Of a DNA stretch of 64,000 nucleotides, positions 1-9,749 are shown piece after piece. The DNA comes from Candidatus Bathyarchaeota archaeon RBG_16_48_13 (GTDB taxonomy: Archaea; Thermoproteota; Bathyarchaeia; RBG-16-48-13). Numbering within the stretch: the stretch's first letter is position 1; the number at the start of each line of letters is the position of its first letter. Location: positions 25,460-89,459 of the forward strand of contig MEZH01000001.1 in assembly GCA_001775995.1 (NCBI GenBank), in the 5' to 3' direction. A program made the translations under genes and the position numbers. The notes below the pieces were generated by a model. The model searched no databases. It was not told the DNA's origin and saw only the letters and a program-made list of their open reading frames with translations.

Positions 1-164
1 CTCAGACAATTCCATTACGAATCACCAAATGGACTCTTGCACATTGATTCTCTAATGAAGTTGAAAGACTTCACAATAAGACCGAGAGTTTACAGATTAT
101 ATATAAGCATTTACCAAGAGAAGTAACTCATCAATTAGACATCCTTAGAGAGAAGTGCAATACC

Positions 165-1259
165 TTGAAAGCTTTGATCCTCGCTGGCGGTTTTGCCACA
201 AGGCTCCGTCCCCTGAGCTGTACTAGGCCGAAACAGCTCTTTCCGATAGTCAATAAGCCGTTGCTTGATTGGGTCATAGAAAATCTGGAAAGAAATGGAG
301 TAAAAGAGATAGTGGTCGCTGTCAATTACATGGCGGATGCTCTGAGAAATTACTACGAAAAGAAGCAGACCAAAGCTACCATAATATTCTCTCTAGAGAA
401 TAGGCCACTTGGGACTGCAGGTCCCATAAAGAATGCGGAGCCTAACCTGAAAGGGAAAGAACCGTTCTTTGTCATCAATGGTGACATACTTTCAAACATG
501 AATCTGAGGAAGATGAAGAATGCTCATGATCGAATTCCAGGACCTGCTACAATAGCCTTAAGGAGGGTTGATGACGCCAGCAGGTTTGGGGTTGTAGATT
601 TGGACGAGGAGAAATACATCCGTAGGTTTGTCGAGAAACCAAAGGGTGAAAATAGGAACAGGCTAATAAATGCAGGTGCCTACATCCTCAGCCAAGAGAT
701 CTTCGACCTTATACCTGAAGAGAACAGGAAGATTTCCATAGAAAGAGAGATCTTTCCGATACTAGCCAAGGAAGGGAAACTGCGAGGCTATATCACAGAG
801 GGTCTTTGGATGGATATAGGAACCCACCCCGACTACCTACAAGCCAATTTCGCGCTCCTTAAGATGCCCGGAAAGAAGAACAGCATAGGAAGAAATGTGA
901 AAATCAGTCCAAATGCAAAGATCGTGGAGCCGGTGGCAATCGGGGACGAAGTTGTAGTAAACGAGGGAGCGAAAATAGGTCCGCTTACCGTTGTAGGGGA
1001 TAACTCTGAGATAGATGAAGGCTGCAGTATAGAAAGATCCGTATTATTCCCTAGATGCCTCATTGAAAGCTCCACATCCATCAAAGAAGCCATAATAGGG
1101 GAAGGGACAGTCATAGGGAGACGGGTCAAGATAGGGGAACAAAGTGTCATAGGGGACCATTGTGAGATCCTGGATGATGTCATCCTCAACAAGAACGTCA
1201 AGGTCTGCCCTTCCAAAGAAGTTGGGGAGAACGTTCTGGAATCATGTCACATCATGTGA
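165..1259 (+). CDS. Sugar-1-phosphate nucleotidylyltransferase with C-terminal left-handed beta-helix (GlmU/ST0452-like)
   Basis: 364-aa ORF with a TTG start. N-terminal LILAGGFATRLRPLSCTRPK matches the GxGxRLxPLxxxxPK nucleotidyltransferase signature. C-terminus has hexapeptide-like repeats (IGDEVVV, NEGAKI, GPLTVV, GDNSEI). Adjacent to a phosphohexomutase gene. Confidence 0.8.
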   Translation: MKALILAGGFATRLRPLSCTRPKQLFPIVNKPLLDWVIENLERNGVKEIVVAVNYMADALRNYYEKKQTKATIIFSLENRPLGTAGPIKNAEPNLKGKEPFFVINGDILSNMNLRKMKNAHDRIPGPATIALRRVDDASRFGVVDLDEEKYIRRFVEKPKGENRNRLINAGAYILSQEIFDLIPEENRKISIEREIFPILAKEGKLRGYITEGLWMDIGTHPDYLQANFALLKMPGKKNSIGRNVKISPNAKIVEPVAIGDEVVVNEGAKIGPLTVVGDNSEIDEGCSIERSVLFPRCLIESSTSIKEAIIGEGTVIGRRVKIGEQSVIGDHCEILDDVILNKNVKVCPSKEVGENVLESCHIM

Positions 1260-1317
1260 GAGTTCAAGAACCTGAGCGCGTGAGAGATATTTCCTCAGAA
1301 ATTGAGGGGAAATAGCT

Positions 1318-2703
1318 ATGATAAGAAGGAAGCTCTTCGGCACCAATGGCGTCAGAGGTTTAGCTAATATTGACCTTACACCTAGTTTCGTCTCAAGTCT
1401 AGGTCAAGCCATAGGCACTTTCTTCGGCTCCTCTAAGACAATTTACTTGGGAATGGATGGTCGCACCTCTGGTCCTTTCATAAAATACGCTTTGATGAGC
1501 GGCCTTATGTCGGTGGGATGCAGAGTGGTAGATACCGGGATGGTGCCTACGCCAGCCCTCCAATATGCTGTGACTGCAGAAGAGGCAGATGGCGGTGTGA
1601 TGATAACCGCTAGCCATAATCCCCCAGAATACAACGGAATAAAAGTTGCAGGAAAAGACGGGATTGAGATCTCAGGTGAAGATGAAAAGGCAATAGAAGA
1701 TACCTACTACGCTGGAAGTTGGAAGACCGTCTCATGGGAGCAAGTCCACGAAGCCTCGACCAATTCGGGGATCCTTGACCTGTATAGGAAAGCGATAAAA
1801 AAGCATGTGGACGTTGACTCCATCACTAAGGCTGGACTTAAGGTTGTTGTGGACCCAGGAAACGGGGTAGGTAGCCTTGTTACTCCTTACCTATTGAGAG
1901 AACTTGGATGCGCGGTTACCACCATCAATAGTCATATTGATGGGATCTCTCCCAGCAGAATGCCGGAGCCGACACCCGCATCTCTTCAAGATCTCATGAT
2001 AACCGTCAAAGCCCTGGGTGCTGATTTGGGAATTGCCCATGATGGCGATGCTGATCGGGCAGTCTTCATAGATGATCGGGGAGGGTTTCAATGGGGCGAC
2101 AGGACTTTCGGTCTGATTGAAAAGTTCTTTCTCAAGAGTAATCCGGGGAGCGTAATTGTGACCCCGGTCAGTTCTTCGCAAATGATAGCAGAGATTGCTG
2201 AAAGTTTTCACGGAAAGGTGGAGTTCACTCGAGTAGGAAGCACGGTAGTATCAAGGAGAATGGTCGAGATCGGAGCTATGCTGGGAGGAGAGGAGAATGG
2301 GGGGGTGTTCTACGGTCCTCATCAGTCGGTCCGTGATGGTGCCATGACAGCTGCTCTATTACTTGATATAATAGCAAAGGAGGGGAAAGCTCTGTCAGAG
2401 CTGCTAAATGAACTCCCTCGATACTATTCGGTTAAGGATAAGGTGGTTTGTCCCAATAACATGAAGAACGAGGTCACACGTGAATTCATATCAGCGGTCA
2501 AAGCCGAGAGGTTTGAGACCATTGACGGCATAAAGATATGGCCAGATAAGAAAAGCTGGATACTAATAAGACCCAGCGGAACGGAACCAATTTTCAGAAT
2601 ATTTGTCGAATCAACGACAGAGAAAAAAACTAGAGAACTACTCGACGCAAATAAGAAGTTGCTGATAAATATCGTGAAGAAATTGAAGAGAAGATTAACC
2701 TAA
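1318..2703 (+). CDS. Phosphohexomutase (phosphoglucosamine/phosphomannomutase family)
   Basis: 461 aa with all four family loops: TASHNPPEYNGIK (phosphoserine), GIAHDGDADR (Mg), GGEENGG (sugar) and RPSGTEP (phosphate). Confidence 0.88.
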   Translation: MIRRKLFGTNGVRGLANIDLTPSFVSSLGQAIGTFFGSSKTIYLGMDGRTSGPFIKYALMSGLMSVGCRVVDTGMVPTPALQYAVTAEEADGGVMITASHNPPEYNGIKVAGKDGIEISGEDEKAIEDTYYAGSWKTVSWEQVHEASTNSGILDLYRKAIKKHVDVDSITKAGLKVVVDPGNGVGSLVTPYLLRELGCAVTTINSHIDGISPSRMPEPTPASLQDLMITVKALGADLGIAHDGDADRAVFIDDRGGFQWGDRTFGLIEKFFLKSNPGSVIVTPVSSSQMIAEIAESFHGKVEFTRVGSTVVSRRMVEIGAMLGGEENGGVFYGPHQSVRDGAMTAALLLDIIAKEGKALSELLNELPRYYSVKDKVVCPNNMKNEVTREFISAVKAERFETIDGIKIWPDKKSWILIRPSGTEPIFRIFVESTTEKKTRELLDANKKLLINIVKKLKRRLT

Positions 2704-3186
2704 TGTGTAACCGAGCTTCTTTACCAGCTCCCGTCGCTCTGTTCGCTGCGCTTCATTCTCTATGTTCTCCGCGCTTTTTCCGTCTACAACGCCTATAATG
2801 GATTTGCCCAGCTGCGTCTTGCCCACCAAAACCTCCACGTTGTTGGCTGTTGCAGCCAAGATGGAACAAACCCCGGGCAATTTTTTAATCTCGTTAAGGA
2901 CATTGATTGGATATGCATTTTCGAAAATTATGAGGAAAGCGTGGCCAGCACCTATTCTCATCAGGTTTTCTGCTGCCCTTTGTCCCAGAGATTCATCATT
3001 GCAGGCATAACGAGTGAGCTTGGGAACTGCTTCGTTGAATGCCACGCCGACTTTTATGCCTTGGACTGAGTCGAGACAGGCCCGATAAACGTCGTCAACC
3101 ATCTTTATCGAGAAGTTGCCCATTCCAATTACTACCTGTTGACTCGGTTTCTTGTCAATTTTAACCACTTCTACATCGACCTGCAT
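2695..3186 (-). CDS. Adenosine-specific kinase family protein (PF04008/PAE2307-like)
   Basis: 163 aa. By recollection the overall pattern fits the small archaeal PAE2307-type family (IGMGNF..K.VDD, VAFNEA...L.RY, RIGAGH.F, YPINVLN, ATAN, IGVVDG). Not verified by search. Confidence 0.55.
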   Translation of the reverse strand: MQVDVEVVKIDKKPSQQVVIGMGNFSIKMVDDVYRACLDSVQGIKVGVAFNEAVPKLTRYACNDESLGQRAAENLMRIGAGHAFLIIFENAYPINVLNEIKKLPGVCSILAATANNVEVLVGKTQLGKSIIGVVDGKSAENIENEAQRTERRELVKKLGYTLG

Positions 3187-3272
3187 GCCTCAACCACCGC
3201 TAACCTTCACAACTAAATTGAAATGAGAGGATTTTAAGAATATCACAGATTGTGGGGTAATCAATGTTCTGT

Positions 3273-4454
3273 TCAATTGGCTCCTGGATCAATCTTAATA
3301 TGACCGAAGCGACCTAGATTCAGCTCAATTTTGCCATTCAAGCCTTCCTTCGTGTAAGCGTCCTCGATAAGAATAGCATCTCCTACGTTTAGGCGCGTCG
3401 TCAGTTCTGTATTATGGTCCCAAAGAGTGAGCCTAACTTCGCCGGTCTCGTCCCCAACTATCATGGAAACAACCTTGCCGGCTGAACCATCAGATCGTTC
3501 AAACCCCCTTATGGGACCAATCTCGATGATTCTGGCAGAAACATCTAAGCTACTCATGCTAGATTGAAGAGCAGATATTTTGCATTCAGTCTGTTGTCTT
3601 AAGAGCCCTTTAGGAGGAGCCAATTTTGATACGGTAGAGCTAGCCTCCACATGAATCTCAGTCTTGCCGTTCTGATTTTTCTTGGTTCTTCCTCGTTCTA
3701 TCTGAACGTAGTCGTCTCTCTTCAATTCTCTCATTTCCTCGACTTTTTCGTTCCAGGCGACTGCGGGTATCTTCCCTGTCTCGTCCTCCAAGAGAAATCT
3801 CTGAACCCTGCCGTGACCGTCCTTTTTCTCAAAGAACGAGACTTCCGAGATTCTTGAAATGAATCCCCTGAGGTTTACTACTACATCCTTGTCGTTTATC
3901 TCGGAGACTTTCTTAGAAAAATCCTGAATATTCGGGTAGTTGTGTTCGTCGGCGTCGACTTTACGAACAAGCTTTCCCCGGAGTCCCACATTCAATTCGG
4001 CATTTCCGTCTAGGCCGGCCTTGACATAGCCATGAAGGACCCTAATGATTTGCCCGAGCTCAAGTTTCTTCTCTTCCAAGAGGTTTGCGTTGTCTCCCCA
4101 GAGATTTACCCTTAATGTTCCGCTTTTGTCTGCTATCACAAGGCGCAAAAGTTTTCCTGCTTTACCATCTTTGCTGGTGAAACTTTGGGGTGAATAGATG
4201 TTTATCACACGCCCTGTTACAGAAGCATCGTTTGCACCAGTCATGAGATCTTTGATCAGAAGCTCAGTTTTCAATTGGGTCTTGTCGTTAATTGATATTT
4301 CGAGATCAGATGCCACTAAAATCACAGCACCACGGTCGGTAAGTAAATTACCATAATCTTCCTTTTTTTTGTCGACGAGTTTTTTCACGTCATCCTTGGT
4401 CAGGTCTTTCCGAAATTTCAGAATCCGTTCTGTCATATCGTCCAAAGACAGCAA
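3273..4454 (-). CDS. rpa: Replication protein A-like ssDNA-binding protein with three OB folds
   Basis: 393 aa with three repeated OB-like modules, each ending in an RPA-type motif: LRVNLWGDNA, IPAVAWNEKV, VRLTLWDHNT. Lies directly downstream of the Lhr helicase on the same strand. Confidence 0.65.
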   Translation of the reverse strand: MLSLDDMTERILKFRKDLTKDDVKKLVDKKKEDYGNLLTDRGAVILVASDLEISINDKTQLKTELLIKDLMTGANDASVTGRVINIYSPQSFTSKDGKAGKLLRLVIADKSGTLRVNLWGDNANLLEEKKLELGQIIRVLHGYVKAGLDGNAELNVGLRGKLVRKVDADEHNYPNIQDFSKKVSEINDKDVVVNLRGFISRISEVSFFEKKDGHGRVQRFLLEDETGKIPAVAWNEKVEEMRELKRDDYVQIERGRTKKNQNGKTEIHVEASSTVSKLAPPKGLLRQQTECKISALQSSMSSLDVSARIIEIGPIRGFERSDGSAGKVVSMIVGDETGEVRLTLWDHNTELTTRLNVGDAILIEDAYTKEGLNGKIELNLGRFGHIKIDPGAN

Positions 4455-4515
4455 TCCACACCACCCAAGGAATGTTCGGAAATTCTATCCTTTCCGGTCT
4501 GTAATAGAGTTTTAC

Positions 4516-7131
4516 CTACTTGTCCCAGAACATCCTCGTGGCTAGGTACTGGCGCTCTGCCCTCAATATGTGTTCATAGAAATTCTCTTCAGTTCTATAG
4601 GGTTGTCTTAACACTCTTATGGCAGAGGTAGGACCTACTCCTCTTGCCGCCAATGCTATTACCGCTTTTTTGCCATAGGTTTGGACGAGGGAGGCACTCT
4701 TCCAAGCTTTCAGCCATCTTTCTTCTTCTTCCATGGATATGATCTTCCTTTTGAGCTTCTTCTGAACTATCTTGTAGAGTTCTGTGTCGGTGTTGTAGGT
4801 CACAGCTATCAGAGTTGAGTTGCATGATGGACATTTAACCTTCTCAAGTAGAGATTTCACCGTCCTGATGCCCTCCCAGTCTCCGTGATAAATGCAGAGA
4901 AGTCGTACCTTGGCTGAGTCAAGTCTCTCCTTGACGATTTCTAAAACGTTTCTGGATTCAGCCACTGATCTAAGTAGATCTTGAGGCGCGATCTTGTCGA
5001 CAATGGGGAGAGCGAAGGGTGAGAAGGTAGTATTACCTTCAACAACTTCAATCTCGATTTGGCCTCCGTTTATAGCTGACAAAACTTCTTTGGCTTTAGA
5101 GAGATCGAGCTTCTCAACTTCAAGCTCCCTGAAAGCTTCTTTGTACACTGGGGTTTCCTTCAAGACCATCGAGAGCATGCGAGCCTTGGAAGAAGTGTAG
5201 TCTGCCTCATGGTCCACCACTCCGAATCGTTTGGCAACATGCCATAGCCGCCAAGATAGGAATCTGGAATCCGTAATGCAGACTTGCAGGATATTTCGGA
5301 GATCTGCTTTCCCAAGCTCCGTAAATTCTTTTTTCACATCGTTACCGAACATATGTGTGAAACTTATGAGAGCAATCCTGTACGGATCTGAGATTGCGGA
5401 TATTGGAGATCCAAGCTTTGATGCCATAATGCAGCTCAGAGCCCGAGCAAAAGTTTCATTGACTTTATTCCCGAAAGCACAGTGGATTATGACGAAGTTC
5501 TCAAAGCTCTCAACCAGAATCCTCTTATCTGTGGGAATCGGAAAGCCTTCTTTGACTTGCCTCTCTATAAGTTGAAGAACCTTTCTGCGAGATTCATCAT
5601 CAAGATTCGAAACCGACGAATATGGGTCTCTACTTAGACTCTCTCTTAGGCGGCCCACACCTTGTGCAATTTCAAATTGGACTGGAATTATTTCACCCTC
5701 CCAACTGGGGATGGCTCCAATGCTTTGGGGGACTGGCTCTACAATGATCGCGCTCTTTTCTTCCTCTACTCCTATCACCTTCCATGTCTGACCATGCATT
5801 ATGAATTCGACGCCGGGTTGTCCGTTGCGCGCCACGAACTCTTGATCTAGGCTACCTATCTTTCTACCGCTTGAGAAGTCTTTGACGAGAAAGGTTTTGA
5901 CGTCTGGGATCATGGAGAGGTTTTGATAGTAATACTGGAAAGCCTTCTTGAAGTTGCGGTATAGTCTGCCTTCTTTGAAGCGAAGAATTCTCTCATCCTC
6001 TAGCTGTTGGACCGTTAATAGGAGGTCATCGGTCGCGAGGTTGGCATATGGATACGCCCGGATGACGTTGTGATAGAGCCAGTCCAGTTCTACTGTTCCG
6101 TGATCCATCAAGAACCCGACCAATTGATGAGCAAGGACGTCAAGAGAGTTGAAGTGTATCTCCGGTGGTTCTATGACTTCCTTTGAAGCGCAGTCAGTTA
6201 AGATTGCGGACTCTAAGATGTCGTCTGGCCAAGAGGCGATTAAGCGGCCTTTTGGGACTGAGTCTACCCTATGACCACTTCTACCAACCCTCTGGATTAG
6301 TTTTCCTGCCTGCCTAGGTGAGAAGACCTGAACTACGAGGTCAACATTACCGATGTCTATGCCGAGTTCCAGAGAGGAGGTACAGATGACCGCCTTAAGA
6401 CGGCCTTCTTTGAATCCCTCCTCAGTTTCTATCCTAACATCTCGTGAGAGTGAACCATGATGAATGCCCATTTCGAGGTCTGGATCCATGTAGCGCATCC
6501 TGGAGGCAATGGCCTCAGCATGTTCCCGCGTGTTGGTGAAAACTAAGGTAGATCTGTGGGATCTTATCAGTTCTGACAACCTTCGGATTCGCCTGATGCT
6601 CCCAGCCGGCACCATGAGCTTCTCTGCAAGCTTGGCGTCTTCGGTTGTAGGAGTTGGACTTTCGACAGAGAACTCCATATTCTTTGGAAGGCTGCTTTTA
6701 ACTATGATTGCCTTTTTATCTTTTCCAGTGAGAAAGTTGGATACAGTCTCAAGATTTCCTATGGTAGCAGATAATCCGATCCTCTGAAATTCTCTGCCTG
6801 AGAGTATTCTGAGCCTTTCCAGTGCGAGAGAGAGTTGGACACCCCTTTCGTCTGAAACGAGTTCATGGATCTCGTCTATAATGACCCAGCGAACCGCCCT
6901 CAGATGTTCTCTCATCTTCCTTCCAGGCATGATGGCTTGGAGAGTCTCGGGAGTTGTAATGAGCATGTCAGGTGGCTCAAGAGCCTGGAGCCTGCGAGCG
7001 CTTGGACTGGTATCACCGTGACGAACTTGGATTTTTATGTCTATTGCTTTGCCTAATTCCGTCAATCTCTTCAGTAAGTCTCGGTTCAAAGCTCTAAGGG
7101 GTGTTACGTAGAGGATCGAGATACCGCGCAT
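4516..7131 (-). CDS. lhr: Lhr-type DExH helicase, main body (lacks Walker A because of an upstream frameshift)
   Basis: 871 aa with TTPETL, VIIDEIHEL (DEIH), GLSATIGN, CTSSLELGIDIG and QRVGRSGHR (motif VI), plus a long Lhr-type C-terminal extension. Begins at YVTPLRAL (motif Ia). Confidence 0.85.
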   Translation of the reverse strand: MRGISILYVTPLRALNRDLLKRLTELGKAIDIKIQVRHGDTSPSARRLQALEPPDMLITTPETLQAIMPGRKMREHLRAVRWVIIDEIHELVSDERGVQLSLALERLRILSGREFQRIGLSATIGNLETVSNFLTGKDKKAIIVKSSLPKNMEFSVESPTPTTEDAKLAEKLMVPAGSIRRIRRLSELIRSHRSTLVFTNTREHAEAIASRMRYMDPDLEMGIHHGSLSRDVRIETEEGFKEGRLKAVICTSSLELGIDIGNVDLVVQVFSPRQAGKLIQRVGRSGHRVDSVPKGRLIASWPDDILESAILTDCASKEVIEPPEIHFNSLDVLAHQLVGFLMDHGTVELDWLYHNVIRAYPYANLATDDLLLTVQQLEDERILRFKEGRLYRNFKKAFQYYYQNLSMIPDVKTFLVKDFSSGRKIGSLDQEFVARNGQPGVEFIMHGQTWKVIGVEEEKSAIIVEPVPQSIGAIPSWEGEIIPVQFEIAQGVGRLRESLSRDPYSSVSNLDDESRRKVLQLIERQVKEGFPIPTDKRILVESFENFVIIHCAFGNKVNETFARALSCIMASKLGSPISAISDPYRIALISFTHMFGNDVKKEFTELGKADLRNILQVCITDSRFLSWRLWHVAKRFGVVDHEADYTSSKARMLSMVLKETPVYKEAFRELEVEKLDLSKAKEVLSAINGGQIEIEVVEGNTTFSPFALPIVDKIAPQDLLRSVAESRNVLEIVKERLDSAKVRLLCIYHGDWEGIRTVKSLLEKVKCPSCNSTLIAVTYNTDTELYKIVQKKLKRKIISMEEEERWLKAWKSASLVQTYGKKAVIALAARGVGPTSAIRVLRQPYRTEENFYEHILRAERQYLATRMFWDK

Positions 7132-7147
7132 CTTCTCGAGTGACCTC

Positions 7148-7351
7148 CTATTCAGGAGGAGGTTGAAGACGGAAGATTACGGCCTCGGTCTTACCCGTGC
7201 CAGTGGGGGCCACAAGAAGAGCGTTATCCTCGTTCAAAATGCAAGGGATAGCTAGAGCTTGTATCTCCGTTGGTCTCTCAAAGTCCAGTTGCTCGATTTG
7301 TCTTCTTAAAGTAGGTAAGAGAAGGTTGAATAGATTCTCAGAAGTACTCAT
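7148..7351 (-). CDS. lhr: Lhr helicase N-terminal fragment (Q motif and Walker A), separated by a 1-nt frameshift
   Basis: 67-aa ORF with PTEIQALAIP and LVAPTGTGKTE. Shifting one frame between 7151 and 7176 gives ...VFNLLLNRRSLEKMRGISILYVTPLRAL, contiguous with the 871-aa ORF. Confidence 0.75.
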   Translation of the reverse strand: MSTSENLFNLLLPTLRRQIEQLDFERPTEIQALAIPCILNEDNALLVAPTGTGKTEAVIFRLQPPPE

Positions 7352-7419
7352 TACAGGTCTTTAAGCCTCTCTTGCCGTATTAGTAAAATCAACGGCATAA
7401 AATTCAGATACCTAGGATG

Positions 7420-7554
7420 TCAAGATTTCTGTTCGGCTTCTTTCTTTTTCTCCGATCGGCCATAAGCCACGTAGAGAAAAGCGAAGGTAATCGCTATGAA
7501 AATCATGATGTTAATCCCAAACATTACTAGGGTGAAATACTCGTCAACGGTCAT
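7420..7554 (-). CDS. Possible 44-aa single-pass membrane mini-protein
   Basis: My own translation: MTVDEYFTLVMFGINIMIFIAITFAFLYVAYGRSEKKKEAEQKS. A hydrophobic helix followed by a Lys/Glu tail. Below the ORF-track size cutoff; no homology evidence. Confidence 0.25.
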   Translation of the reverse strand: MTVDEYFTLVMFGINIMIFIAITFAFLYVAYGRSEKKKEAEQKS

Positions 7555-8206
7555 TGTTCATCCCATGAATTCTCTTCTTCAGACAAAGTATTTAACAACG
7601 GTCATGGAAAATCCATCTAGGAATTTATTAATGAAACAAGAGCCAGTTAAAAAGGTTTTCACTTTGAAGTATGATTTCACTCTGGCTCTGAAGAGGATCA
7701 GAGTCGATAAAAGCGCTTCAATGATTATGATTGCAGTGATAGGTCTTAGCGCTGCCTTGACGGAGTTGGCATATGCGAACCTGATATTCTCTCGAGTTTT
7801 CATGGAATCTTATGAGTTGCCTGCAGGAGATGAAGTTCACCTCTACATTGTGGCGGCGGCTTTCTTATTTATGGTTGCCATCATCGGGGTGGCGTCTTAC
7901 CTGAGGATTAGAGAAGGTGAAGCAAATTATGAGGTTATGAAAACATGTGGAGCTTCCCCCGCTCAGATTTTAAAGTTGTGTCTGGCAGAGAATCTTGTTA
8001 TAGGTCTAGCTGGCGGTACATTGGGAGCTTTTGGAAGCTTGCTCACATTCTTGATAATATGTGGTTCACAGTTTGGCTGGCCACTCTGGCTATTATCACC
8101 AACCTTCGAATATTTAGTTTCAGGTGCGATCACGGCAATCATTTCCATCGGCGTCTCTATCTTATTCCCTATTTTGTTCTCCCACATTTCACTGAATAAG
8201 TATTAG
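7496..8206 (+). CDS. Small FtsX-like permease-domain membrane protein (start probably internal, near MKQEP)
   Basis: MKTCGASPAQILKLCLAENLVIGLAGGTLGAFGSLL resembles the FtsX/MacB permease core (L.A.GA....I......E......G...G). About four predicted TM segments. No ABC ATPase nearby. Confidence 0.5.
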   Translation: MKIMMLIPNITRVKYSSTVIVHPMNSLLQTKYLTTVMENPSRNLLMKQEPVKKVFTLKYDFTLALKRIRVDKSASMIMIAVIGLSAALTELAYANLIFSRVFMESYELPAGDEVHLYIVAAAFLFMVAIIGVASYLRIREGEANYEVMKTCGASPAQILKLCLAENLVIGLAGGTLGAFGSLLTFLIICGSQFGWPLWLLSPTFEYLVSGAITAIISIGVSILFPILFSHISLNKY

Positions 8207-8324
8207 AACTGAGGATTTTGACAAAGCTTTGATGTTCTTTGGAATGTATGATTCAAGCCTTTTTACCAAGACAAGCACTTGTATGGATGTTGAACAAACT
8301 TAGACCGCTGCAAAATTTTGGCGA

Positions 8325-9170
8325 CTATTCTGCCAGTTCTTTAACCCTCTTTATGTTCCCTTTTTCATCCCTTCGGTTATCCAGTGGGGTCTCAAGAATG
8401 AAGGGACGGTCTTGGAGTCCTTCATATTCTAAGAAGCTCCGAAAGCCTTTTTCTCCAATGTAACCTAGACCTATGTGTTCGTGTCTATCTTTTCCCGATC
8501 TTAGATCTCCTTTCGAGTCGTTTAGATGGATGACTTTTATCCGTTCTAAGCCCAGAACCCGGTCAAAGTGATCCAAAGTTTTTCTTATCGCTTCTGCAGT
8601 TCTCAAATCGTATCCAGCAGCGAAGGCATGGGCGGTGTCGAAACACAGAGCTACGCGGTTCTTGTTGTACATTCGATCGATGACACTTTTTATGTCTCCA
8701 AAGGTGGAGCCCATACTGTTAAGAGTCCCGGCCGTATTCTCAAGAAGTATAGTGACGGAGGCGTTCTGTGTCTCAAAGAGAGCCCGATCTATCAGATCCG
8801 AGACCCGTTTTATGCCGTTTTCCATTCCTCGTCCCAAATGACTGCCCAAATGGGTTACCAGATAGGGTATTTTGAGCTGAGCACATCTCTCAAGTTCTTT
8901 TTCTAGGGTTTCACAGGATCTTGCATAGAGCTCTTCGGTTGAGGTGGCTAGGTTTGGGAGATATGGCATGTGGGCTACAGCAGGAGAAATATTATATTGG
9001 TTCACTTTCTCTACGAAATTCTTGATCTCTTCCGGCTTTAGGGCGGAGAATTCCCATCTACGGGGGTTTCTTGTGAATATCTGGAAGGTTGAGCAGCCCC
9101 TCTCTACAACACGGTCAACGGCTTTGTCGACCCCGCCCGCGATGGATGCATGAAACCCCACATTTATCAT
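8325..9170 (-). CDS. nfo: Endonuclease IV (AP endonuclease family 2)
   Basis: 281 aa with FHASIAGG, VTHLGS and HLNDSKGDLRSGKDRHEHIGLGYIG, typical of Nfo. Confidence 0.9.
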   Translation of the reverse strand: MINVGFHASIAGGVDKAVDRVVERGCSTFQIFTRNPRRWEFSALKPEEIKNFVEKVNQYNISPAVAHMPYLPNLATSTEELYARSCETLEKELERCAQLKIPYLVTHLGSHLGRGMENGIKRVSDLIDRALFETQNASVTILLENTAGTLNSMGSTFGDIKSVIDRMYNKNRVALCFDTAHAFAAGYDLRTAEAIRKTLDHFDRVLGLERIKVIHLNDSKGDLRSGKDRHEHIGLGYIGEKGFRSFLEYEGLQDRPFILETPLDNRRDEKGNIKRVKELAE

Positions 9171-9222
9171 GATCGATCAGCATCTATTACGACTCATTCG
9201 ATGGACAAATAAACAAATCGAG

Positions 9223-9657
9223 TTACGAAGATTCTTTGAATTCCCGCCATTCTCCCATAAGTAGGTCATAAAGGTCATCTTCTTCTTCGATCTTTTCGTA
9301 GAAATCTAGGGCTTCAGCCAGTCTTTGGGCTATTAAGTGGTAGCACAGGTGAGTTAAGCCGTCGATAACCCTGAAATAGAAATCGTCGCAAGTACAGTAA
9401 TTGACTATCGGTAGAATCTGGTAGTCCCTTTCCCTCCCGACAACTATCCAGGCTACCCTGTGGCTTGGAGAGAAGACATATTTCTTGATCCGACCCTCGT
9501 TGATAGCTTTCCAGGCGTTCTCAAACCTCTTTCCGAAGAGAACACCCAAGTGGGTCATCTGAGGGCCAGTTATGGTTCCGGTCCTAACCATGTCTATGCA
9601 TATCTTTTCCAGATCTTGGATTTCTCGATCTTTTCTCTCCATCGCCTTCTCGTCCAT
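9223..9657 (-). CDS. SWIM zinc-finger protein
   Basis: 144 aa. CTCDDFYFRVIDGLTHLCYHLIA matches the SWIM pattern CxCxnCxH. Confidence 0.6.
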   Translation of the reverse strand: MDEKAMERKDREIQDLEKICIDMVRTGTITGPQMTHLGVLFGKRFENAWKAINEGRIKKYVFSPSHRVAWIVVGRERDYQILPIVNYCTCDDFYFRVIDGLTHLCYHLIAQRLAEALDFYEKIEEEDDLYDLLMGEWREFKESS

Positions 9658-9749
9658 GAATACTGATCATTGTCACTGATCTTCGTTTGATTATCTCTTA
9701 ATTTTAATATTATTGCAGACATTTTTTCAATATACGAGTTGCGAAAGTC

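Noticed and set aside
7140-7180. BHB-type mRNA introns as the explanation for the split conserved genes (Lhr, MBL hydrolase, IMPase)
   Set aside because: In each case the two reading frames join without any surplus sequence, and the motif spacing equals that of intact homologs. The lesions are single-base indels, not inserts.
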